A program made the position numbers and the translations under genes. A DNA stretch of 64,000 nucleotides from Clostridia bacterium (GTDB taxonomy: Bacteria > Bacillota > Clostridia > Oscillospirales > Acutalibacteraceae): positions 750 to 64,749 of the forward strand of contig JAFTZU010000029.1 of NCBI GenBank assembly GCA_017461005.1, given 5' to 3'. Below, in pieces: positions 56,164 to 64,000 of this stretch. Below the pieces are notes generated by a model. The model had not been told where the DNA came from, did not search any database, and saw only the letters and a list, made by a program, of their open reading frames with translations. Numbering within the stretch: the stretch's first letter is position 1; the number at the start of each line of letters is the position of its first letter.

Positions 56164-56355
56164 ATGCAGGATCACATCGCCATGGCCTGCCAAATCTGCC
56201 CGCGAGGCTGTTTTCTGGAGGCTGTGAAAGAAAAGGACGAAGACTGGGTCATTTTCGGAAACGACTGCGAACGAGGCCCTGTCTTTATGAAAACGCAACT
56301 GGCGGATCGCCAACAGGGCGAGGACGCCAGTGACGATGACTTGCAAGTTATTTGA
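56164..56355 (+). CDS. Short Cys-rich ORF resembling the N-terminal part of DUF1667 proteins (possibly a truncated remnant)
   Basis: 63 aa from ATG 56164 behind gaggtg. CQICPRGC...GNDCERG matches the CxxCPxGC...GNxCxRG pattern. Codon usage is less GC3-biased than in neighbouring genes. Confidence 0.45.
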   Translation: MQDHIAMACQICPRGCFLEAVKEKDEDWVIFGNDCERGPVFMKTQLADRQQGEDASDDDLQVI

Positions 56356-56377
56356 GGATCCAGAGAGGAGTTCCAAT

Positions 56378-57367
56378 ATGTCAGTTTTAGTCTTAGGCGG
56401 AGCGGGTTACATCGGCTCCCATACCGTACGCGCACTCATCGATGCCGGCAGAGATGTCGTCGTCGCCGATAACCTTTTGACCGGTTTCAAGGCGGCGGTC
56501 CATCCGAAGGCCAGGTTCTATGAGCTGGACATCCGCGACAGAGCAGCCCTCGATGACCTGTTCGAGAAGGAAGACATCGAAGGCGTCATCCACTTTGCAG
56601 CGTCGTCTCAGGTGGGCGAGTCCATGCAGGACCCCCTCAAGTACTACGACAACAACCTTCACGGCACGATGGTCCTCCTCGCTTCCATGGTCGCCCACGG
56701 GGTCGACAAGATCGTCTTCTCCTCGACGGCTGCCACCTACGGTGAGCCGGAGCGGATCCCGATCCTCGAGACCGACAAGACCGAGCCCACCAACTGCTAC
56801 GGTGAGACCAAACTCTCCATGGAGAAGATGATGAAGTGGACGAGTGTCGCCCACGGCCTCCACTATGTGGCGCTTCGTTACTTCAACGCCTGCGGCGCGC
56901 AGCCGGACGGCACCATCGGCGAGGCCCACGACCCGGAGACCCACCTCATCCCGCTCATCCTGCAGGTCCCGAACGGCAAGCGGAAGAGCATCGCGATGTT
57001 CGGTACGGACTACCCGACCAAGGACGGCACCTGTGTCCGTGACTACATCCATGTCTGTGACCTCGCGAGTGCCCACATCCTTGCGCTCGACTACCTGCTG
57101 AAGGGCGGCGAGAACAACGTCTTCAACCTTGGCAACGGGGTCGGCTTTACGGTCCGTGAAGTCATCGATGTCGCGAGAGAGGTGACCGGCCACCCGATCC
57201 CCGCCGACGAATGTCCGCGCAGAGCCGGCGACCCGGCACAGCTGGTGGCATCCTCCGAAAAGGCCAGAACGGTCCTCGGCTGGGATCCGCAGTTCGCAGA
57301 CCTCAAGACCATCGTCGAGACGGCCTGGAACTGGCATGTGAACCATCCGAACGGCTACGGCGAATAA
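56378..57367 (+). CDS. galE: UDP-glucose 4-epimerase
   Basis: About 329 aa from ATG 56378 (MSVLVLGGAGYIGSH). YGETKL catalytic YxxxK. RYFNACGA. Confidence 0.95.
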   Translation: MSVLVLGGAGYIGSHTVRALIDAGRDVVVADNLLTGFKAAVHPKARFYELDIRDRAALDDLFEKEDIEGVIHFAASSQVGESMQDPLKYYDNNLHGTMVLLASMVAHGVDKIVFSSTAATYGEPERIPILETDKTEPTNCYGETKLSMEKMMKWTSVAHGLHYVALRYFNACGAQPDGTIGEAHDPETHLIPLILQVPNGKRKSIAMFGTDYPTKDGTCVRDYIHVCDLASAHILALDYLLKGGENNVFNLGNGVGFTVREVIDVAREVTGHPIPADECPRRAGDPAQLVASSEKARTVLGWDPQFADLKTIVETAWNWHVNHPNGYGE

Positions 57368-57382
57368 ACACAGAACCAAACG

Positions 57383-57414
57383 AACCCCCGGTGACTCGGT
57401 CACCGGGGGTTTTC
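57383..57414. terminator. Bidirectional terminator (galE / araC-family gene)
   Basis: acccccggtgac / gtcaccgggggt perfect 12-bp stem with a 3-nt loop, followed by tttt. Confidence 0.85.
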
Positions 57415-57416
57415 TG

Positions 57417-58262
57417 TTACAGGTTCAGGATCTCCCGTTTCCAGTTCCGGGGGGAGAGCCCGTAGATCGATTTGAACGCTCGCGAAAAATGGAGCTGGTC
57501 GGGATAGCCGACCTGCCGTCCGATCTCCGCGACGGGCAGGTTCGTCATGCGGAGCATCTCCGCCGCTTTGGTCATGCGGTAGTTGAGGAGGAACCGCTGG
57601 GGAGACATGTCGGTCGCCTTTTTGAACAGCTTTCCGAAATAGCTTCGTTCCAGTCCGGCCCGTTTGGCGATGGACTCGACCGAGATGTCGTTCATGTAAT
57701 TCGCTTCGATGTAGTTGATCGCCTCGTTGATGTAGCGGTCTTTGACTTTGATCTCGGAGAGGTCCGCGCCCCGGATGCTCCCGCAGAGGTCATCGAGGAA
57801 GAGGTACAGATGGCCGACCCGGGAGAGAGGGGTGAGGTCCGGGTGCTCTACGAGGTACAGCATTTCCCGTTTCATCGCTTCGCATTTTTCTGGGTCTCCG
57901 CAGTGGTAAACAGGGTTGTGCCAGCGAAAACTGGTGCGGGTGAGGATCTCGGTGGCGCGCAGGCCGTCGAATTCGACCCAGATGTAGTTCCAGGGGTCTG
58001 TTTCGTCTGCCATGTACATGTTGATCTGGCCGGGGAAGATCATGAAGCCCTGCCCCGCATGGAGCGGGAACGTATGCGTGATGCCGTCGTGGTCGGTCGC
58101 CATGAGCGATCCTTTTCCGGAGAGGATGTAATGGAAGAGGTAGTGGTTCCGCTTGGCGGGACCGAAAAGATGTTGAGGCTCGCACTGCTCTCTTCCGACC
58201 TGATAGGTGCGGAAATCGACGAATGCTTCGTTACTATACACATTCATTTGAAACTGTTCCAT
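57417..58262 (-). CDS. AraC-family transcriptional regulator (cupin sensor plus HTH)
   Basis: 281 aa. N-terminal cupin-like domain. C-terminal double HTH (...SYFGKLFKKATDMSPQRFLLNYRMTKAAEML...VGYPDQLHFSRAFK). Divergent from the sugar ABC operon. Confidence 0.92.
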   Translation of the reverse strand: MEQFQMNVYSNEAFVDFRTYQVGREQCEPQHLFGPAKRNHYLFHYILSGKGSLMATDHDGITHTFPLHAGQGFMIFPGQINMYMADETDPWNYIWVEFDGLRATEILTRTSFRWHNPVYHCGDPEKCEAMKREMLYLVEHPDLTPLSRVGHLYLFLDDLCGSIRGADLSEIKVKDRYINEAINYIEANYMNDISVESIAKRAGLERSYFGKLFKKATDMSPQRFLLNYRMTKAAEMLRMTNLPVAEIGRQVGYPDQLHFSRAFKSIYGLSPRNWKREILNL

Positions 58263-58482
58263 TCAATCGCCTCCTTACCAAATGGTCCATATCCAATATA
58301 CCATAATGCGTCTTCATTTACAATTGTACAAGGATATAACGTGAAAAGGCATATATATAGGAACTATATGCTATTTTGCGATGTAACCCTATTCTTTATA
58401 ATGGATTTGCAACAAAATTATTTTCAGAATGCGGATAATAATTGTGAAACGTGAGAGTCAAATCGAAAATGGAGGTATTTGT

Positions 58483-59595
58483 ATGGCAGGATTATCCCTG
58501 GAACACATCGGTAAAAAGTATCCGAATGGATATGAAGCGGTCAAAGACTTCAACCTGGAGATCGCGGATAAAGAGTTTATCATCTTTGTCGGACCGTCCG
58601 GGTGCGGTAAATCGACCACGCTTCGTATGATCGCCGGCCTGGAAGACATCACCAGCGGCACCCTGAAGATCGGTGACAAGGTCGTCAACGACCTCGAGCC
58701 GAAGGACCGTGACATCGCGATGGTTTTCCAGAACTACGCGCTGTATCCCCACATGACCGTTTATGACAACATGGCATTCGGTCTGAAAATGAGAAAAACA
58801 CCGAAGGACGAGATCGACAAGGCCGTCCGTGAAGCCGCCCGTATCCTGGACCTCGATCAGCTGCTCAAGAGAAAACCGAGCCAGCTCTCCGGTGGTCAGA
58901 GACAGCGTGTCGCCATGGGCCGTGCCATCGTCCGGAACCCGCAGGTCTTCCTGATGGACGAACCGCTCTCCAACCTGGACGCCAAACTGAGAGTCCAGAT
59001 GAGAACGGAGATCGCCCGCCTGCATGACCGTCTCGGCGCGACCATCATCTACGTCACCCATGACCAGACGGAGGCCATGACCCTCGGCACCCGCATCGTC
59101 GTCATGAAGGACGGCGTCGTCCAGCAGGTCGACACCCCGACCAACCTCTACAATGAACCCGATAACCTGTTCGTCGCCGGATTCATCGGCTCCCCGCAGA
59201 TGAACTTCTTCGACGCTGTCGTCGCGAAAGAAGACGACAAGGTCGTCCTGAAGGTCGGCGGAGACACCCTTGCACTGCCGGCCGCCAAAGGCGAAGCACT
59301 TCTGGCCGGTGGCTATGAAGGCAAGACCGTCGTCGCGGGCATCCGTCCGGAAGACATCTCCGATGAGGCGGAAGACCTCGCGAAGTTCTCCGGCACCGTC
59401 ATCGAAGGCGAAGTCGCTGTCTTCGAACTCCTCGGCGCAGGCGTCAACCTGAACTTCGACTATGCCGATACCCAGATGACCGCTTCCGTGGCTCCGACCA
59501 CTCCGGCCAGAGTCGGCGATGTCGTCAGGTTTGCCCTTGACCCCGACAAGATCCACATCTTCGACAAGACCACGGAACTTGCCATTGTACACTGA
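58483..59595 (+). CDS. Sugar ABC transporter ATP-binding protein (MsmK/UgpC/MalK type)
   Basis: About 370 aa from ATG 58483 behind ggagg. Walker A GPSGCGKST. LSGGQRQR. Walker B FLMDEPLSNLD. C-terminal TOBE-like domain. Confidence 0.94.
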   Translation: MAGLSLEHIGKKYPNGYEAVKDFNLEIADKEFIIFVGPSGCGKSTTLRMIAGLEDITSGTLKIGDKVVNDLEPKDRDIAMVFQNYALYPHMTVYDNMAFGLKMRKTPKDEIDKAVREAARILDLDQLLKRKPSQLSGGQRQRVAMGRAIVRNPQVFLMDEPLSNLDAKLRVQMRTEIARLHDRLGATIIYVTHDQTEAMTLGTRIVVMKDGVVQQVDTPTNLYNEPDNLFVAGFIGSPQMNFFDAVVAKEDDKVVLKVGGDTLALPAAKGEALLAGGYEGKTVVAGIRPEDISDEAEDLAKFSGTVIEGEVAVFELLGAGVNLNFDYADTQMTASVAPTTPARVGDVVRFALDPDKIHIFDKTTELAIVH

Positions 59596-59627
59596 TTTTT
59601 GACAGTTACAGAAAGGAAGCTGATTCC

Positions 59628-60908
59628 ATGAAAACCATGAAACGTTTTCTGTGTCTGGTGCTTTCGGTCCTGATGACGGCGGCTCTGCTGCTGTCCGGCT
59701 GTCAGAAGAGTGTCGACACTGGAAAAACGGAAATCGAAATCGTGCAGTACAAGCAGGAAGCGGTCAAGACCTTTGAGAAGATCGAGGCCAACTTCAATGC
59801 GACGCACGACGACATCCACCTGACCATCTCGTCCCCGAACGATGCTACCACCATCCTGAAGACCCGCTTCATCCGCGAGGACTATCCGGACATCATCGGC
59901 ATCGGCGGCGACGTCAACTTCTCGAACTTTGTCGATGCGGGCATCCTCATGGACATCTCCGATTACGATGGCCTGAAGAACGTCAAACAGTCCTACATTG
60001 ACATCCTCGAAGGACTCGAATTCGTCCCGACCGAGGGCACCTTCGGTATGCCCTTCGCAGCGAACGCTGCCGGTATCCTTTACAACAAAGCGATGTTCCA
60101 GGAACACGGCTGGACCCTTCCGACCAACTGGAACGAACTCATGACCCTCTGCAAGACCATCCAGAGCGAAGGCATCCTTCCGTTCTACTTCGGCATGAAG
60201 GACACCTGGACCTGTCTCGCACCCTGGAACGCTCTGTGTGTCGACCTTGCCCCGGCAGACATCTGCCAGCAGGTCAATGAAGGCAAGACCACCTTCACGG
60301 CCGCCTACAAGGAAGTCGCCGAGAAGATGATGCAGCTCCTCCCGTACGGGGAAGAGGGCGTCGTGGCCTACGGCTACAACGATGCCTGTACCGCATTCGC
60401 CAACGGCGAGTCGGCGATGTACACCATCGGTTCCTATGCCGTGCCGCAGATCCTGTCCGTCAACCCGGACATGGAGATCGGTTCCTTCGTCATGCCCGGC
60501 AATGACGACTCCGACAAACAGTACCTGAACTCCGGTGTCGACCTCCAGTTCTGCGTGACGGCGGAATGCCCCAATAAAGAGGCAGCCTATGAAGTCCTCC
60601 GCTACCTGCAGGACCCCGAGAACGTCCAGCTCTACATCGATGACCAGACTTCCGTCCCCTGTGAGAACGGCGACTTCAAGATCCCCGCTGTCCTCGACGA
60701 CATGAAGCCCTACATCGATAACGACAAGATGGTCGACTATCAGGACCACCACTATCCGTCCGAGATGTCCGTCGACGCCATCATCCAGACGATGGTCATC
60801 AACGGCGACATCGATGCCTTCCTCGCCAAGTTTGATAAAGACTGGGTCCGCTACAACCGTGACATCATCCGGAAGGTCCAGGCTTATCAGGAAGCTCACC
60901 AGTCTTAA
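59628..60908 (+). CDS. Sugar ABC transporter substrate-binding lipoprotein
   Basis: 426 aa. Lipobox LLLSG-C. Family-1 solute-binding protein features. Confidence 0.88.
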   Translation: MKTMKRFLCLVLSVLMTAALLLSGCQKSVDTGKTEIEIVQYKQEAVKTFEKIEANFNATHDDIHLTISSPNDATTILKTRFIREDYPDIIGIGGDVNFSNFVDAGILMDISDYDGLKNVKQSYIDILEGLEFVPTEGTFGMPFAANAAGILYNKAMFQEHGWTLPTNWNELMTLCKTIQSEGILPFYFGMKDTWTCLAPWNALCVDLAPADICQQVNEGKTTFTAAYKEVAEKMMQLLPYGEEGVVAYGYNDACTAFANGESAMYTIGSYAVPQILSVNPDMEIGSFVMPGNDDSDKQYLNSGVDLQFCVTAECPNKEAAYEVLRYLQDPENVQLYIDDQTSVPCENGDFKIPAVLDDMKPYIDNDKMVDYQDHHYPSEMSVDAIIQTMVINGDIDAFLAKFDKDWVRYNRDIIRKVQAYQEAHQS

Positions 60909-60922
60909 AGGAGGTTGGAAGC

Positions 60923-61813
60923 ATGAAGAAAAAAGATTCGCAGGCGGAGCTTTTGAAGCCGAAGAAGACAGTCACGGAACGCGAGCGCACCTTCGCGATG
61001 ATCGCCATCCCGATCCTGATCCTCTTTTTCCTGTTCAACACCCTTCCGCTGATCAAAGGTTTTATCTACAGTTTCACCAATTTCAAGGGCTACGGCTCCT
61101 ATGAGTGGGTCGGCCTTCGCAACTACATCGACCTGTTCACCGATGCCCGTGTCGGGAAATCGTACCTGTTCACGGTCAAGCTGGCATTCTTCACGACCAT
61201 CCTCGTCAACATCGTCAGCCTTCTGATGGCCCTCGGCCTGAATGCCAAGATCAAATTCAAGAGTGCCCTTCGCGGCATGTACTTCCTGCCGAACATCCTC
61301 GGTGCCCTTGTCGTCGGTTACATCTTCAACTACTTCTTCACTTACATCGTTCCCGCCATCTTCCATACGACCAGCATCCTGGCCAGCGGCAGCAAGGCGT
61401 GGATCGCCGTCATGATCGTCTGCGCGTGGCAGGCCATCGCAATGAACACCATCATCTACATCTCCGGTCTTCAGACCGTTCCGGAAGATGTCTATGAAGC
61501 CGGTATGCTGGACGGCGCGACCGGATGGAGCAAATTCCGCCATCTGACGTTCCCGCTCATCATCCCGTTCTTCACGATCAACATGGTCCTCTGCATGAAG
61601 AACTTCCTCATGGTCTTCGATCAGATCATGGCATTGACCAAGGGTGGTCCTGCCCAGAGCACGGAATCCATCTCGTTCCTCATCTACAACAACGGTATGT
61701 CCGGCGGCCAGTTCGGCTTCCAGAGTGCCAACGCGGTCATCTTCTTCATCGTCATCGTGACCATCTCCGTCTTCCAGATGAGATTCCTGAACAGTAAGGA
61801 GGAGCAGCTGTGA
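60923..61813 (+). CDS. Carbohydrate ABC transporter permease (MalF/MsmF-like)
   Basis: 296 aa, 6 TM. EAA-type loop YEAGMLDGATGWSKFRHLTFPL. Confidence 0.92.
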   Translation: MKKKDSQAELLKPKKTVTERERTFAMIAIPILILFFLFNTLPLIKGFIYSFTNFKGYGSYEWVGLRNYIDLFTDARVGKSYLFTVKLAFFTTILVNIVSLLMALGLNAKIKFKSALRGMYFLPNILGALVVGYIFNYFFTYIVPAIFHTTSILASGSKAWIAVMIVCAWQAIAMNTIIYISGLQTVPEDVYEAGMLDGATGWSKFRHLTFPLIIPFFTINMVLCMKNFLMVFDQIMALTKGGPAQSTESISFLIYNNGMSGGQFGFQSANAVIFFIVIVTISVFQMRFLNSKEEQL

Positions 61814-62676
61814 GCAAAAAGAACAACGATCTTTCCGCTGTGAAAGTCAAAGAAAAATTCAACTGGCCGCTGACCATCCTTCTGATCCTCGGCCTCATCA
61901 CGGTGCTGTTCCCGCTCTACATGACGATCGTCATCGCCTTCAAGCAGCCGAGCGAAATGACGAACAGCATCTCCGGCATCCTGTCGCTGCCTCAGCACTG
62001 GAGCTTCAGCAATTTCCGTGAGGCGATGGAAGTCACCGACTTCTGGCGCTCTCTTCTGAACAGCGTACTCATCACCGGCATCACCATGGGCCTCGCTCTG
62101 GTCATCCATTCCCTGATGGGGTATGCCGTCGCCCGGAACATGCAGAACAGCAAGTTCTACCGTACGTCCTACTACTACATCGTCAGCGGCATGTTCGTTC
62201 CCTTTGCCATCCTGATGATGCCTCTCGTCAAACAGACCGCGGAGCTGCACATCGCCAACGTGGTCGGTGTCATCCTGTGCTACACGGTCTTCTACATGCC
62301 GATGAACGTACTTCTGTACTCCGGCTACTTGAAGAACATCCCGGTCGCACTGGAAGAAGCCGCACATGTCGACGGCGCCTCCACCTGGACGACCTACTGG
62401 AAAGTCATTTTCCCGCTCATGAAACCCATGCACGCCACCGTCGCTGTCCTGACCGCCCTCGGTACCTGGAACGACGTCATGACGCCCCTGGTCATCATGT
62501 CCGGCAGCGGAATGAATACCCTTCCGCTCGCACAGCTGACCTTCCAGACCCAGTTCGGCACGAACTATAACCTCGCATTCGCATCCTACCTGCTCGCCCT
62601 CCTGCCGATGCTGATCTTCTATCTGTTCGCACAGAAACAGATCATCAACGGTGTTGTCAACGGCGCAGTCAAGTAA
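61810..62676 (+). CDS. Carbohydrate ABC transporter permease (MalG/MsmG-like)
   Basis: 288 aa. GTG start overlapping the upstream stop. EAAHVDGASTWTTYWKVIFPL. Confidence 0.92.
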   Translation: MSKKNNDLSAVKVKEKFNWPLTILLILGLITVLFPLYMTIVIAFKQPSEMTNSISGILSLPQHWSFSNFREAMEVTDFWRSLLNSVLITGITMGLALVIHSLMGYAVARNMQNSKFYRTSYYYIVSGMFVPFAILMMPLVKQTAELHIANVVGVILCYTVFYMPMNVLLYSGYLKNIPVALEEAAHVDGASTWTTYWKVIFPLMKPMHATVAVLTALGTWNDVMTPLVIMSGSGMNTLPLAQLTFQTQFGTNYNLAFASYLLALLPMLIFYLFAQKQIINGVVNGAVK

Positions 62677-62723
62677 CCCATCCATTTTCGAGCCAATCAA
62701 ATAACCACGAAAGAGGTCCGACT

Positions 62724-64000
62724 ATGTCCATTACCTTTGACCCGAAAAAACAGAGTTTTATCCTGGAGACCCGTGAAACGTCCTACCAGATGATGGTGGA
62801 TGAAAAGGGATACCTTCTGCATCTTCACTACGGCGCGAAGGTCGATGGCCTGTCGGACCATCTTTTGACCTTCAAAGACCACGGTTTCTCCGTCAACCCG
62901 TACTCGGCGGGGGAGGACCGTACCTACACACTGGACGCCCTGCCCCAGGAATTCCCGTTCCAGGGCAGCGGCGATTTCCGGAGTCCGGCGTTCATGGTGA
63001 AGGATGCCACCGGCACCATCGGCTGTGACCTCCACTATGCTGGCTACTCGATCGACGACGGAAAGTATGCGCTGCCCGGCCTTCCCGCCGTGTACGCGAT
63101 GGACTCTGATGAAGGCGTCGAGACCCTGACCATCGAACTGAAGGAAGAGCGTCTCGGCCTCTCGGTGAAGCTCCTCTACGGCGTCCTCCCGGAGAAAGAC
63201 ATCATCACCCGCAGCGCCATCGTCGAAAACTGTGGCGATGCACCGGTGTCCGTCGAAAAGTTCCAGACAGCTGTCCTGGACTTCCAGTACGGGACTTATG
63301 ACCTGCTCGTCTTCCACGGGCAGCACGGCTATGAACGTCAGCTGCAGCGGACCAAAGTCGGGCACACTCGGCAGGCGGTAGGCAGCACCAGAGGCTATTC
63401 GTCCCACCAGTACAATCCCTTCGTGATCCTGGCGGAACAGAGCACCTCGGAAGGCGCCGGCCGTTGCTGGTCCATGCAATTCGTCTACAGCGGCAGTTTC
63501 CTCGCGGAAGCGGAGAAGGACCAGTTCAGCCAGACCCGTCTGCAGATGGGTCTTACCGAAGAAGGGCTGTCCTATGAACTGCTGCCGGGCGAACGGCTCG
63601 TGGCACCGGAAGTCATCCTGAGCTTCAGTGGCAGCGGCTTTGGCAAACTGTCCCGGAACCATCACCGTGTCATTCGGGAGAACGTCTGCCGGGGCGTCTG
63701 GAAAGACCGTCTCCGTCCCGTCCTCATCAACAGCTGGGAAGCCTTTCTGTTCGACTTTGACGGCGACCGCCTCCTGAACTTCGCGGAAGAGGCGAGAGAC
63801 CTCGGCATCGACATGATGGTCCTCGACGACGGCTGGTTCGGTTCCCGGGACGATGACAATCAGGCCCTCGGCGACTGGTTCGTCAACGAAGAAAAACTCG
63901 GCGGGACGCTGGGAGAACTCAGTGCCGCCATCCACAACCTGCCCATGAAGTTCGGCCTCTGGGTCGAACCGGAGATGGTCAGTGAGAACAGCCGTCTCTA
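62724..64000 (+). CDS. GH36 alpha-galactosidase, 5' partial (runs off the window end)
   Basis: ATG 62724 behind aaagagg. The frame stays open to the end of the window. MSITFDPKKQSFILETRETSYQM...HLHYG, LINSWEAFLFDFD, MVLDDGWFGSRDDD, GLWVEPEMV are GH36 hallmarks. Absent from the ORF track because no stop lies in the window. Confidence 0.9.
   Translation, partial: MSITFDPKKQSFILETRETSYQMMVDEKGYLLHLHYGAKVDGLSDHLLTFKDHGFSVNPYSAGEDRTYTLDALPQEFPFQGSGDFRSPAFMVKDATGTIGCDLHYAGYSIDDGKYALPGLPAVYAMDSDEGVETLTIELKEERLGLSVKLLYGVLPEKDIITRSAIVENCGDAPVSVEKFQTAVLDFQYGTYDLLVFHGQHGYERQLQRTKVGHTRQAVGSTRGYSSHQYNPFVILAEQSTSEGAGRCWSMQFVYSGSFLAEAEKDQFSQTRLQMGLTEEGLSYELLPGERLVAPEVILSFSGSGFGKLSRNHHRVIRENVCRGVWKDRLRPVLINSWEAFLFDFDGDRLLNFAEEARDLGIDMMVLDDGWFGSRDDDNQALGDWFVNEEKLGGTLGELSAAIHNLPMKFGLWVEPEMVSENSRL

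Noticed and set aside
58263-58482. Possible cre (CcpA) site or AraC operator in the araC / ABC-transporter divergent region (e.g. tgtgaaacgtgagagtca)
   Set aside because: The candidate does not fit the WTGNAANCGNWNNCW consensus when aligned position by position. No clear direct-repeat AraC half-sites could be defined by eye.

Overview
High-GC Firmicutes/Clostridia-type chromosomal segment (probably Oscillospiraceae-like; inferred from gene content and order only). It is almost fully coding and mostly housekeeping. In order: alaS, a HIT protein, comEC-holA, cca, miaA, the yggS-sepF-divIVA-lspA-rluD division block, split transketolase, an orphan 2-hydroxyacyl-CoA-dehydratase-like pair, tRNA-Pro(CGG), rlmA, two lipase paralogs flanking an nhaC antiporter, trmD, an ARG-box-controlled argF-carA-carB operon, a hydrolase-rich block (two secreted SGNH hydrolases, a MATE exporter, an alpha/beta hydrolase, a beta-helix lipoprotein), glgA, purC, a domain-permuted GH3, galE, and an AraC-controlled sugar ABC / GH36 alpha-galactosidase locus that runs off the 3' end. 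No CRISPR array, rRNA, transposase, integrase, prophage or recognisable defence island was seen. The most unusual observation is that carB reads in frame, with no stop, into a complete DapF-like (diaminopimelate epimerase) module whose first catalytic cysteine is replaced by alanine. Secondary curiosities are a possible HEPN(Rx4H)-CBS fusion protein, a dehydratase pair with no activator ATPase nearby, tRNA-fragment and hairpin repeats next to tRNA-Pro with an inverted relative at the window start, and abrupt codon-usage patches at the 3' ends of yggS and lspA. All functional calls rest on motif recognition by eye; no searches were run. The many long antisense or alternate-frame ORFs in the track are treated as GC3 artefacts.
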